From NCBI GenBank assembly GCA_951406725.2, contig OX597814.1, positions 29,636,001 through 29,700,000 on the forward strand: a DNA stretch of 64,000 nt, given 5' to 3'. Position numbers and translations under genes: made by a program. Shown here piece by piece: positions 39,068-52,245 of this stretch. The first letter of the stretch is position 1; each line of letters starts with the position of its first letter. The notes beneath the pieces are model-generated. The model saw nothing but the letters and a program-made list of their open reading frames with translations. It did no database searches and was not told the DNA's origin. The DNA is from Octopus vulgaris (Eukaryota).

Positions 39068-42000
39068 AGATAACAAACAGAACAACTTCATGAGGGTCGA
39101 AAATAAAGCATACACACTCACACATATATAGATACATGTAAATAAATACATAGACAGACAGAGAGATAGATAGAAATATAGACACACACACCTATGTATA
39201 GTTATGTGAAGTGGATGGTGTTGGTAATGGGACAGACAATATGTTAGAAATAAGTACCTCGAGGTGCGTATTTACCTTAGTTAACATCTGAGCGAAATAT
39301 TTTTGCAACTACTTTTGTAAAGAGCTGCTCCTGCTTCATGAAGCAGTTTTGTTTGTTTTTTGTTGGGGGTGGGTATTTATTTATTTATTATTTTGGAAGA
39401 AATCTCAACATAAAAGAACACAAGAGAAGGATGTAATTAAAGGGAAATAAACGGAACTCGGTCCGATCCTGGTTCCTTCGGTGGTTGATTGAACATTGCA
39501 CCAAAATTTAGTGATGCGTGTATACGTCAAGAAATACACATATAATTCTGTATACTTTGACTTATATATATATATATACACACACATATATAGATAGATG
39601 CACACCACATATGTAGGTATATTTGTGTAGTGCGATATATAACCAATGTTGAGAACTCCTTTTAGAGTTCGGAAGGTTTGTTCGTGATGAAAAATCGAAT
39701 TATTTTTCGATATGTTTTGCTGTATTCTGAATACAGTACATACCGAAAGAAAAAAATATGAATAACAAGATATCTCGTATAATTCTAAATTCTATCTACA
39801 CGCATACACACACACACATCTATAATTACAGACCATTTCGAAAAATATACATATTCGAAATGATTGCGTATAGATGAATTATTTAAAGTACTGAATATAT
39901 TAAAAAATAAACGAGAGAACCCTTAATTATATTTTACATGTTTTCAAGTTATCGAAATAATAACTAATTGCCCCTCAAATTACACCACCGTCTTTAAAAA
40001 AAATAAGAGGAAGATATTGGATAGTGTAGTTCTAAATGCATTTTGCCTGAAATAAGACGGGATGGCCATGGTTGGAATGCTTTTGATCATAAGTCTGCAA
40101 GATCAGAAAAGACCTATGTGTAAATAACAATGATTTCTGCTCGAAATTCACATTCATTCTTTTAACAAGTCACAAGGCCAGCTTTATTTAGCGACGGTTG
40201 AATCGATATCAATAATATATGAGTGATATTTATTTAATCGTCTCAAAATGAACAATTAACTTGCTCCCAACAGGATTTGAATAGCAATTATTGTGCAGAG
40301 ATTTGAAGTTAGAAGTTGCAGTAAATCACCATGCTTCCTACATTCATTTCATTAGATTAACCTAAATAGTTGTGATGATTTAAATGAAAGTAGATGCTGT
40401 GGCTTCCATACCTTTCTATATGTTAATTGCACAAATAAATTTATATATATATAGAAACCGGCTTTGCTCATTTGATTTGCCGGTCGATTCGATCATTAAT
40501 GTTATGGCTGTTTAGCCCGAGGCCTGCCGTGATTGAGGAATGCGATGATCAAAGCATTTTCGTCAATTTTCTTTTAATTGTTTTCAGGCATAATATATCT
40601 AGGACCATATTATTTAATGTATTACTTTAAGACGGTAGAGAAATCTGGCTGCTGTTTTTAAAAGGTCGAACGATAACGAAGAGGTTCCATCGTTTTACTC
40701 GCTATTATTACTATCGATTTCTTAGGTGCAATACCGGATGAGGGAAATTGGTTGTTGTGGCGGTCATTTCTTTCCGTAGGACTTCCGCATGGAATCCGAT
40801 CTGGCTGATAAACTAGTCTTGTCGGTAATTCTGCGACGCGCACTACTTCTGTAATGAAGAATAATTTCTTTCACTAATTCAACGCTTGGGAATGATTCTA
40901 CTAAGTACAACCACTTAGTGATTTCCATTTCCTGATTACCTTCTTTACTTTGTTCTTGTAACGCTCGCCACACGTTTATTTTTAATTTATTTTTGTTTAT
41001 CAATATATGACCGGTTCTTATTGAGATCAGACAAATTGTCTGCATACTCGTCTGTCATTTTACCATTCCGTCCTTTTCTCTCATATATTCACTCCGCTGG
41101 CACCCAGGAGATGCAATAGGCGCTAAAAAATTTTACACAATAATAAATCCACATTTACATTAAATATATTTTGTGAATCTATGTAATTAAAAATGCTTGT
41201 TAATTTAATAGGAAACTAGACTAAGGTCATCAATATATATTTGTTTAACAAAAATAATGTATTAATATATCTAAATATCTATCTTACATAGATCTACAGT
41301 TTCAGATTTATTATAAGGAAGAGAAAATGTGAGGACATTTGTGTATTTTCAAAAAATACCAGCAACATAAATAAAGTGAAGTATCATTTCTACAACTGGA
41401 AATCGAAACCAGGTTAACTGCATCTAATATCGATTTATTTGTTATTAAAATACCAATAAATCAACGAAGTACTTCGCTCCAGACTGAAATTATACACTTT
41501 TTTCATTACTTATTCAGTAATCTGACAAAGAGGTAGAACCCCTAATTTTTTTTTTTTTTTCAGTTCCATTTGCACTCCAATTATTACACGATTTCCTTCC
41601 GTTGTGCTCTTTATTGGACGTGATTAAGATAAAAGTGCATCTTCCTCTACTATTCTTTCTTTTCTGATAGTCCTACATCGATGCTTCAGGTCACTGTTGA
41701 TATTTTTATAGCTTTATCAGAAGGAAGAGATGTAGTGCTCACGACCTTCTCAAGCACCCCTGAGACTGATAAAATCGATACTGTTGTTGTTTTTTTTTTT
41801 AGCTTGAATATCTCTAACCAGACGACTCCAGGAGAAAAGTGGGAGAGAATTCCTAAGGGTTGATGCTTTGGGGGAAAAAAAGGGATTAGATATGTGAAGG
41901 AGAAAGGAGGCAGTAGCGATGACAAGAGGAGAAGCGAGAAGATTCAGTGCTCTAGAGTTTGACTTAATAAAGTCCTAGGCTTACGAACTGCACCTGAAAG

Positions 42001-42397
42001 ATACACAAAAATTGAAAACATAAGAGAATGTGAGATTAGTTGGAAATATTTTGCAAAATTCTTTTCAGCGTATGACAATAGAGATAATATTAATCTACAT
42101 CAGTTTCATTGACATATACACTCACCAAACTCGTTCAGCTTAGGGCTGGAGAAATTGCAGAAAAAAACAAATTTAAACGATTCAACTTGCTCTACAGCCA
42201 CAATGAGGGTAAGTTACTACATGCTGTAGGATATTTTGGAACAAATCAGTATTTATAGGGCAATTCAAGAATTATATTGGTTTCATTTCAATTTTCAATT
42301 CTAATTATGCATTTACGTAAGTTTAATTAGATGTAATTGCTATTTTCGTGTGTCGACTCTAATAAAGTTTATTGATCCACCACATTTTCCTTGCATT

Positions 42398-42712
42398 TAC
42401 AAGATGTGTTCAAAAAGTATCCGATCCTTGGGCATAAAAAAAAAACAAAAACAATTTTGTACATTTCACAAATTCTGTTTAATCATCTTCAAAATACTCC
42501 CGTTGGAAGTTCACGCGCTTCTCCAAGCGGTTCTGCCACTGCTGGTCACATTTCAGGAACGCCTTCTCTGGAATGCTATGGAGCTCCACCGTCGCTTTTC
42601 TCAATAATTTCCTTTCGCGCTTCCCTTTCAGTGTGGTTTTCAGTTTGAAGAAGAGCCAGAAATCACACGGTGTCAAGTCGGGAGAGTAGGGAACCTGTCG
42701 AACAAGTGCTGC
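42398..42712 (-). mobile_element. Mariner transposon right-end remnant (transposase C-terminus and TIR)
   Basis: TPCDFWLFFKLKTTLKGKR...WQNRLEKRVNFQREYFE, with TA followed by the TIR-like caagatgtgttcaaaaagtatcc. Confidence 0.85.
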
Positions 42713-42744
42713 GTTATAATAAAATGTTTATTTTCATATATATA

Positions 42745-43300
42745 TTAAAGTCAAGTTTGAGGATGGCCTTTGGGGACTCAGAGGGCAAATTTGTGAAAGC
42801 CTTGGCGGCATGAGCAGCAGCAGCAGCCTCACAGCCGATCTTAGTACCCACTCCTAGCTGAATAGGGGAAATTTCCTCGGTCAGGCAGTTAGAAACTGAC
42901 GACAGACACACTTCTGCTGTGAGCTGGCGCAGAGTACAACCAACTATGGGGCGGAGATCACCGCCAAGTTTGGCGAGACCAAATAGTTTGGCCCCAAAAA
43001 ACAGGGGACGAATGTAGGCAAGGATATCCTCGGGCGAGAACAAGTTTATGAACTGTGTTAGGTCCTCCAAGAGTTCGAGCCCAGCATCACCAGCTGATAG
43101 GGAGATACCATCCTTGTGATGCTGAGGTCGTAAGCCATCGATCCCCGCACTAGAATCTGGAAGGGAGGCAATTTCCTTCCTGACATTGTCAGGGTTGAAG
43201 ATGGGTTGTAGAAAACTTGGTGGGTCGGGCCAGTGTAGGTGATGTTTCTCCTTCAGTTGATTGAGGGAGTCTGTGGTACACGGGACGAGGGGTGGGTGAA
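42745..43300 (-). mobile_element. CRE-like non-LTR retrotransposon RT fragment
   Basis: SSAGIDGLRPQH, FFGAKLFGLAK.GGDLRPI, QLGVGTKIGCEAAA and ILKLDF are typical of RT from restriction-like-endonuclease (CRE-type) elements. Confidence 0.8.
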
Positions 43301-43885
43301 AGTTATGAGGGAAAAATCGGATCGTGCGAATTTTCTGAAAGTCCTCTCTCCACCCACAAATTTTTGTTTTCATAATCGTTTTCTACACGTTTTTTTTATA
43401 CCCATTAGACTCCCTTTTTTTTTTTTTTTTTTTTTTGTGACAGGGTGCTAAACTAAATTCTGAAAGTTATGAGGGGAAAAAACGGATCATGGGAATTTTC
43501 CGGCAGTCCTCTCCCCAGCCCTTCGGAAAACATTTTCTTCACAAATTTCTTTATAATCGTAATCTATGCTGTTTGAAAGGTGTTTCTGTAAGATTTCATT
43601 AAAAGATATCCATTTTCCTGAAAGTTATAAGGGAAAAAACCGTATCGTGTAAATTTTCCGATATCCTCTCTCCACCCCTTCGGAAAACATTTTCCCCAGA
43701 AATTTCTTTATAATCGTAATCTCTACTATTTGACCGGTATTTCTATAAAATTTCACCAACATATATCAATTTTCCTTAACGTTACGAGGGATCTTGTGAA
43801 TTTTCCGAACGTCCTCTCACTAACCCACCCGTTCGTTTGCGCAAATTTTTGTTTTCATATTCGTTTTCTACACATTTTTTTACAC
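43297..43885. repeat. Diverged tandem array of about 160-bp units (two full, two partial)
   Basis: gaaagttat.agggaaaaa..gatc...aattttcc..gtcctctc recurs at about 43298, 43462, 43620 and 43780. Confidence 0.8.
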
Positions 43886-43937
43886 CTAGTAGACTGGGTT
43901 TATTTAGTGACCGGGGCTCACTGTATATTGACCAATT

Positions 43938-44520
43938 AAACATTCAAAAAGTATCCAACTTTTTATTTTCGTCGACACTCACCGCATGCAAAAATCCTAC
44001 GTTAAAATGGAATGTGGTCATTCCCACTTCGTAAGCAATTTTTTGGATTGTTACACGACGGTCTTCCATATGACTATTCACCGAACCATCTCAATCAGCT
44101 GCTCGTTTCGGCTGGTGGAGGGCCTGCTTGAGCTTGCTTCACTATCCACTGAAGTGCGACTATGTTTGAAGGGGTTGTGCCATTCCTTGATCTGAGTTTT
44201 GCTCAGGGTATCATCGCAAAAATGCCTGCTGAATCTTCTGGGTGGTTTGAGAATGAGTGTCACCAAGCCTTTGGCAAAAATTGATGCAATATCTCTGCTC
44301 GATGCGTTCGGTCGTCTTGCGAGAAAATGAAAATCCGATGAGCGCGTATTACGTCAGTACTCTAAGCGTATCAGCCGGAAGCTGACCGCGACCTACCAGC
44401 GCGAATTTTTTTTATACATGCACAGGAACGGTAGTGTCACTTCCTACCCAAAGAATTTTGCTCAAGCATTAGTTTTGGCGGGAAAAAATGAAGTTGGATA
44501 CGTTTTGAACGAACATCGTA
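43938..44520 (-). mobile_element. Internally deleted mariner (transposase N-terminal HTH region between TIR-like ends)
   Basis: IEQRYCINFC...LSKTQIKEWHNPFK.SRTSVDSE..SSRPSTSRNE. Ends ttcaaaaagtatccaact and agttggatacgttttgaa..cgta are inverted. Confidence 0.8.
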
Positions 44521-44801
44521 TTACGGCTTGTTAGTTGATAGATCAAAGGTCATATGTACATATTTTATCATCGTTTGGCATAGTAAATTTGGACGCGAAA
44601 AAGTTTTGCTTGGAACACGTTTCCAGATTTCGTTACTTCATCGTCGTTCATTTCATCGACCAGAGCAACATATAAAGGGAACGTTTTTGTTCCCAGCAAA
44701 ACGTACAGTACAGTCCCCTGCACTTGAAGGTTCACTTCATTCCTGTTTATTTGCTGATTACTCACCGTTTGATGATTCTTCATCAGATATGACATTCATC
44801 A

Positions 44802-45187
44802 GTGGAGGCGCAATGGCCCAGTGGTTAGGGCAGCGGACTCGCGGTCATAGGATCGCGGTTTCGATTCCCAGACCGGGCATTGTGAGTGTTTATTGAGCGA
44901 AAACACCTAAAGCTCCACGAGGCTCTGGCAGGGGATGGTGGTGATCCCTGCTGTACTCTTTCACCACAACTTTCTCTCACTCTTACTTCCTGTTTCTGTT
45001 GTACCTGTATTTCAAAGAGGCCGGCCTTGTCACTCTCTGTGTCACACTGAATATCCCCGAGAACTACGTTAAGGGTACACGTGTCTGTGGAATGCTCAGC
45101 CACTTACACGTTAATTTCACGAGCAGGCTGTTCCGTTGATTCGGATCAACCGGAACCCTCGTCGTCGTAACCGACGGAGTGCTTCCA
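44802..45187 (+). mobile_element. SINE family B, representative copy (tRNA-derived head)
   Basis: Head tggcccagtggttagggcagcggactcgcggtc...gtttcgattccc, TSD atgacatt(t)catca. Other copies lie at about 13856-14240(-), 15108-15421(+), 16695-16985(+), 30725-31034(-) and 56157-56465(-). Confidence 0.9.
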
Positions 45188-46082
45188 ATGACATTTCATC
45201 ATCCTTTACATTACTGTCGTTATTATCAGTCTCCTGTGAAATACTTCGACTTATTTTCCTTGTAGATTTTGGTTCTTTTAACTCCTGAATGATTTCTTCC
45301 TCTTCTCGGCCTGCTGGGAAATTTCAAATCGTTCAGGATATCATAAGGATTCTTGTTCTTTCAGATTTCTTCCGTCTTTTATTCTCTTTAGACCAGTTTT
45401 AAAGAAACTAACTGGAACTGGTTGTTACGCTCTGTTTCAATGGAATACTCGATGTTTGAAGGACATCTGTCACCAGCAGCATAGAGCAAGGGCAGCGATT
45501 GCTCCCTCAAACACATTTTCAAAACTGCACCTTTTCAACATTTTTTTCAACTCCATAGTTCGCTTGTGCGATAAAAGTCGAATTTATTTGTTGTTGTTAA
45601 TCACAAGGCCTAGGAAAAGCTTTCGGATCTTTACCTTTTGACCTACAGATTTTTAAAATAATTTTTCGTTACTAAACACCTTCAAACTTCGGACACTGGT
45701 AGAATATGTCATATAAAACATCTTTTACTCTTAGCATTTTTGAGAAAAAAACTATATTTACGAAGTTATTTCACATTAAAGTTCTCGTATTTCGGCAATT
45801 TCAGAGTTATCATCATGATGTAACCAACAGTTGCTGTACAATTCATTTAGCGGTTGAATAAAGTGTCGCAGTTAATTGCGACTGTTTCCTGTATTTCTTC
45901 CCACTGTTTTATGCACAACTCATTGGAACCAAAAACTTGTGATTATATCAGGGCCAGAGTCATTCTAACCAACTCACTAAAGGACTAAACAATAATGGCT
46001 TTGGATGCATCAATATTATTTTCACCTTAAAGACTCTGCTAACACAAAATTTATTTTTTTATAAACATTCTTTGAAAAAATA

Positions 46083-46364
46083 TGTGGGATGACGTCAGCA
46101 GCTGGGTAGCTGACCAGAACTTGGGGCTGACCGGAAGAGGAAGGGGCAGGAGTGACGTCGCGCAGGCAAGGGAGCATTGGGCCTTTTCGATCAGGGTAAC
46201 CGACAGAGCTGGATGTGTGAGTGCTTTGTCAAGGTAGGGGAAAAGCAGCTGCTATTTTTAGCGTTCGGGTCGGGCCACGTGGAAGAGTGCGTTACCGCCA
46301 GAGAGGTCTGCATCGACAAAGAGAAGGTTGGTGTCTTTATTTCAAATCTCCAGCATACACCACA
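46083..46364. mobile_element. Solo LTR (282 bp)
   Basis: Begins TGTGG and ends CCACA (5-bp inverted termini). Flanked by 5-bp TSD AAATA (46078-46082, 46365-46369), with an abrupt GC/CpG-rich composition. Confidence 0.8.
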
Positions 46365-48182
46365 AAATACTGGCCACCAGATTACCAACTGTGGAATTTC
46401 TTTCATGTTTTAACTCTTTTTTTTTCAATTTGAAGAAAGGGAATGTATATTTTGGTCCACCTTCCCCTGGACAGGTCAATGAGATAGATATTGTAACTAT
46501 TACCCTGAATAGTTAACTATATTAGAGGATGTCCCAGAGATGAAACTCTTTTATTATCTTTTGTAGCAGTTGTAGATGAATTGAGGTAATATACACTGAG
46601 GACATACACAGTATATGGAACCTCAGTGAGATAACATCCATTTAGAATAGTTTCAATTTCACAGGAAACAATGTTATGAAGTCCTCCAAGTTCATCTTGA
46701 AGGATGGTTACAAGACTTTATATTCTGATTGAATCATCATCTCCTAGGCATCACTGAAAATATATATATAAAGGTATAACTATGCAGAAGCTGAAACAAG
46801 TAAAAGAGTATAAGAGTAAGCCAACAAGGGATCCTTCATATGGTTACTCAACTTGCTGGAAATAGCAGCCAAATCTCTCTCAAATTAAATTCTGATACCT
46901 TTAAAAAAAGAGCGGGACAATGTAAAGAGTAAAAGAGAGTACCTGTCACCCATGTTTCAAATTCTCTCTCCTTCAACATCAACACCTCTGCTGACCAATT
47001 GTTACTCCCAAATATAATGCAAGAGTACAAAATGATGATGCAATACTTACAATGTAATGGTTTCAAACAGGCAGGGGGAAAATCACCAGAAATCAGAAAT
47101 TACCCATTTTGACGGATAGAACAGGCTTGACGAGAACACCTTTGATCAAGGGTCTTTTAGTCAAAACTGACCAGGAGTTGAAAAGTGGGAAGAAAGAGTT
47201 GATTCACAAATTCTACTGCTTAGAAAAATTAATCTTGATTAATATTCCATCTCTTTGAATAGCTCTTTTCATCTCCCCATTGTTGTTCAGTTATCAAATC
47301 TAATTAAACATAATCTTCCTCCTCGTGATATGAATTATTTGTTTAGAAAAACTATAAAATGTTGTTGATATGCCTATTGTTCGAGTAATTAGATTTGCCT
47401 TGATGAGCTCCTTCCCTGAGAAATGATCAGATTTCATTCTCATTACAGCTTACTCTAGCTTTTATTTCATTACATGGCCTCTTCACTTTTTGCCATTTCT
47501 GATAAACCCCTTTGTGTAATTTAATCAGCCTATATTATTTCCTGTGGTTTTATAACAACAACGCCATGATTATTTTAGGGTACCAATACACATCCAGTGA
47601 CTTTCATCTATCAACACTGACTAAGACAACAGTGATGGTAGCAGTGAGCCTCTTTCAGTTTCCATCCATCAATTCCAATTACAAGTCTTTAGTTAATCTG
47701 GATATATAGAAGAAGATACTTGCTCAACTTACCATGTAGTGGTGAAAGACCTCCTCTGGTCATGAATGACCATGGGTTTGCACCCAGGAAGTTGCCCTCC
47801 AAGGCACAAGTCTGATGGAAGACCAGCAGTCACTCATGTATACCAGCTTCCCTTCTCTGTGCCACCGATGTTATCCAAGGGAAAAGGCAAAGGCTGATGC
47901 AGCTTGGCACCAGTGACATTGCAACTCATTTCCACAGCTGAGTGAACTGGAACAACGTGAAACAAAGTGTCTTGCTCAAGAACACAACATACAACCCAGT
48001 CCAAGAATCGAACTCACTACTTCATAATTGTGAGACCAATGCTCTAACCACTGAGCCATGTGCCTGAAATTACATGATCAGAAAGCAAGCTTCTTAACCA
48101 CAGCCATGCTTGCACCTTTTAGTATTGAATTAATTTGCAATACTGGGCTGGGGTTAGGATTTCCTATGGTTTCTCAATGAAG

Positions 48183-48223
<41 letters not shown>

Positions 48224-49570
48224 TGTTTAACGTCCGTTCTCCATGCTAGCATGGGTTAGACGGTTCGACCGGGGATCTGGGAAGCCAGAAGGCTGCACCA
48301 AGCTCCGGTCTTATCTGGCAATGTTTCTACAGCTGGATGCCCTTCCTAACGCCAACCACTCCGTGAGTGTAGTGGGTGCTTTTTACGTGCCACCTGCACT
48401 GGTGCCAGGCGAGGCTGGCATCGGCCACGGTCGGATTGCTGCATTTTACGTGCCACCTGCACGGAAGCCAGTCGAGGCGGCACTGGCTTCGGCCATGATT
48501 CGGATGGTGCTTTTTACGTGGGTGTCAAAGACATCAGCAAACAAAATGCCTATCTTCTACAATCTTACATCCTGAGTTACAAGTGTATGGGTATAGCCTA
48601 TCACACAGTATAATTGGATAAAATATATAAGTGGGGTGGGGTCAAAATGGGTAATTTCTGATTTCTGGTGATTTTCCTCCTGCCTGTTTTGAAATCATTA
48701 CATTGTAAGTATTGCATCATCATTTTGTACTCTTGCATTATATTTGGGAGTAACAATTGGTCAGCAGAGGTGTTGATGTTGAAGGAGAGAGAATTTGAAA
48801 CATGGGTGACAGGTACTCTCTTTTACTCTTTTACTTGTTTCAGTCATTTGACTGCGGCCATGCTGGAGCACCGCCTTTAGTCGAGCAATTCGACCCCGGG
48901 ACTTATTCTTTGTAAGCCCAGTACTTATTCTATCGGGCACTTTTGCCGAACCACTAAGTGACGGAGACGTAAACACACCAGCATCGGTTGTCAAGCAATG
49001 CTAGGGGGGCAAACACAATCACACACACATACACATATATATATATATACATATATACGACAGGCTTCTTTCAGTTTCCGTCTACCAAATCCACTCACAA
49101 GGCTTTGGTCAGCCTGGGGCTATAGCAGAAGACACTTGCCCAAGATGCCACGCAGTGGGACTGAACCCGGAACCATGTGGTTGGTTAGCAAGCTACTTAC
49201 CACACAGCCACTCCTGCGTACCACTCCTGGTACATTTTTTTTTTCAAAAAATTTTTCCTTGGCTTTGACCTGATTGTCATTGAGGTTGCTAATAAAATAT
49301 CTGGATAGTTTTTCATGTTTAACAATCAATATCCTTTTCTCTGTTGGGATTCCAAATCAATTTTTCCCCTGCTCTAATGTCTAATTTGATCTCTTTACTC
49401 TTTTACTCTTTTGCGGCCATGCTGGAGTCAAGCAAATCAACCCCAGGACTTATTCTTTGTAAGCCTAGTACTTATTTTATCAGTCTCTTTTGCCCACGTG
49501 CTAAGTTACGGGGACATAAGCACACCAGCATCGGTTGTCAAGCGATGTTGGGGGGTCAAACACAGACACA

Positions 49571-49638
<68 letters not shown>

Positions 49639-49741
49639 CCTGGTTGCTTAGCCAGCGGGATGGCGTCATTCGAAGGCTAAAACAATGCAAACGCATTGTG
49701 ACCAGCGATGTGTAAAACATCTGATGGTCTGGTCGGTCACA

Positions 49742-49781
<40 letters not shown>

Positions 49782-52142
49782 GATAGGCTTCTTTCAGTTT
49801 CCATCTACCAAATCCACTCACAAGGCTTTGGTCAGCCTGAGGCTATAGTAGAAGACACTTGCCCAAGGTGCCACGCAGTGGGACTGAACCTGGAACCATG
49901 TGGTTTGTAATCAAACTACTTACCACGCAGCCACTCCAATTTTCAAAAAATCATGTCTAAACACGGGCAAAATGAGTAATGACTAATTTCAATAATTTCT
50001 TCTCTTTAACTGCATGGTATGTAAGTGTATATCATGAAGAGAGCCACTCCAGCAGGGAAGACCCTATAAACAATATTTTATATCCAGATTTTATACTCAC
50101 TTGAGTTTCGTTGATTTTATATCATGTGTCATTTTTCTGTGACCTCTTTCTGTTTGACCTAGATACTTTAAATGTTTGTTGCATTTCTGATCTTTCTGAT
50201 GTCTAAGGATGGATATTGATGTGTACGAATCTTTCTCAAATTTAATTACCTTGTCTTACTCATTTTGTCCCATCTAAATTTGCCTTTTCTATGCTCAAAG
50301 AGAACGGAGATAATTTTCTGAAATAATGTTCAGATTATGTGATAATATTTTTAATGCATTTAGAGGTCATTTGCTTAGCTGATATAATTTTTTACAGTTG
50401 TAAAAAATATTTTTTTCTCAAAGTCAAAAATGCAGTAAATTTTACTCATTGTGCCTCAATATTTTTTTGATCAAATTTTATAATTAGATTCAATTAATTT
50501 GGTTGATCGATTATTTGGTTATACCAGTGACTATATAATTAAACTAAATAAATAGATGCAGGAATAGTCGTGTGGTTAAGATGCTTGCTCTATAGCCACA
50601 TGGTTTTTGGGTTCAGTCTCATTGCATGGTGTTTTGGGCACTATTCTAGTCTTGGGCCAACCAATAACTTGTGAGTGAATTTGGTAGATAGAAAGTGTAT
50701 AGAAACCCATATTGGGTTCATTTATGCATGTGTGTGTGTGTGTGTGTATGTGTGTGTGTGTGTATGCATGAGTGTATGTATGTGTGCATGCATGCATGTA
50801 TGTATTCTTTTACTCTTTTATTTGTTTCAGTCATTTGACTGCGGCCATGCTGGAGCACTGCCTTTAATCGAACAAATTGCCCCAGGACTTAAACTTTGTA
50901 AGCCTAGTACTTATTCTATCTGTCTTTTTTGCTAAGTTACAGGGACTTAAACACACCAGCATCGGTTGTCAAGCGATGGTGTAAGGACAAACACAGACAC
51001 ACAAATGTACACACACACACATATATATATAGAGAGGATGGGTTTCTTTCAGTTTCCGTCTACCAGATCCACTCACGAGGCTTTGGTCGGCCTGAGGCTA
51101 TAGTAGAAGACACTTGCCCAAAGTGCCACACAGTGGAACTGAACCCGGAACCATGTGGTTGGTAAACGAGTTACGTATGCAAGTGTATCTTAGTGTTTGT
51201 ATGTGTGTATGTAAGTGTAAGTGTATCTTGATAACTGGTGTTGATGTGGTTATCTCCCCATAACTTAGCAGCTCAATAAAAGAGACTGATATAATAAGTA
51301 GAAGACTTAAAAAAAGAATAAGTAGTGGGGTTGATTTATTCAGCTAAACTCTTCAAGGCAGTGCCACAGCATGGCCACAGACCTATGACTAAAACAGACT
51401 AAAGATAAAAGATAAAGAACTTAGTAACAATTCCTCCAAAGACCAATTACTCTTCTATTGGTTCAAGCCAATGGGCTGAGGCCATACTGGAGCATTTAAT
51501 CTTGTTGATAGAGTTAACAACACGTAGGGCAGAGATAAAATTCCAGGTTAATATCTGGTGCATTGAAGTTGTGGGTCACTAAATGTTTGATTAGCTAATC
51601 TCATATAATAGAACCGCTCAAATACAGCTGACTGATATAAGAGATTATATCTGCCAACTTGTAACTGATAATTTTTTTAAACACATTGTGAGAAATAGAA
51701 TAAAGTCAAATCACCCTGAACCAGCTAAGTTAGTGTTAATATATTTGATGTAATGAGCATGAAAAATCTAATTAGAAACACTTACAAGGTGAAGAAAAGA
51801 TAACACATTTAATCTAATCGTTATCATCATTGTTTTAACGTCCACTTTTCTATGCTTGCATGGGTCAGACAGAATTTGTTGAGATGGATTTTTTTCTACA
51901 GCCAGATACCTTTCCTGTTGCCAACCCTCACCCGTTTCCAAGTAAGCTAATGTTTCCCCATAACCAGACATGTGTTCATGGAAGATTAGAAACAAAGGAC
52001 ACAGCTTGCATGATGGTGACAATTATTTGCAACTATCACATGATAAGACAAACACAACAGTAACATCCCCCCCCCCACACATCTATCTGTCTGTTTGTCT
52101 GTCTGTCTGTCTGTCCGTATGTATGTATGGCTGTTTATCTAC

Positions 52143-52178
<36 letters not shown>

Positions 52179-52181
52179 ATC

Positions 52182-52245
<64 letters not shown>

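Noticed and set aside
43297-43885. CRISPR-like array
   Set aside because: These are long diverged tandem units with no unique spacers, in a eukaryotic context with no cas genes.
44802-44880. tRNA genes at SINE heads
   Set aside because: The tRNA-like segments lack a proper acceptor stem and always continue into SINE bodies.
46177-46433. Short ORFs in the GC-rich island as a host exon
   Set aside because: The island is bounded by TG..CA and a TSD, so a solo LTR explains it better.
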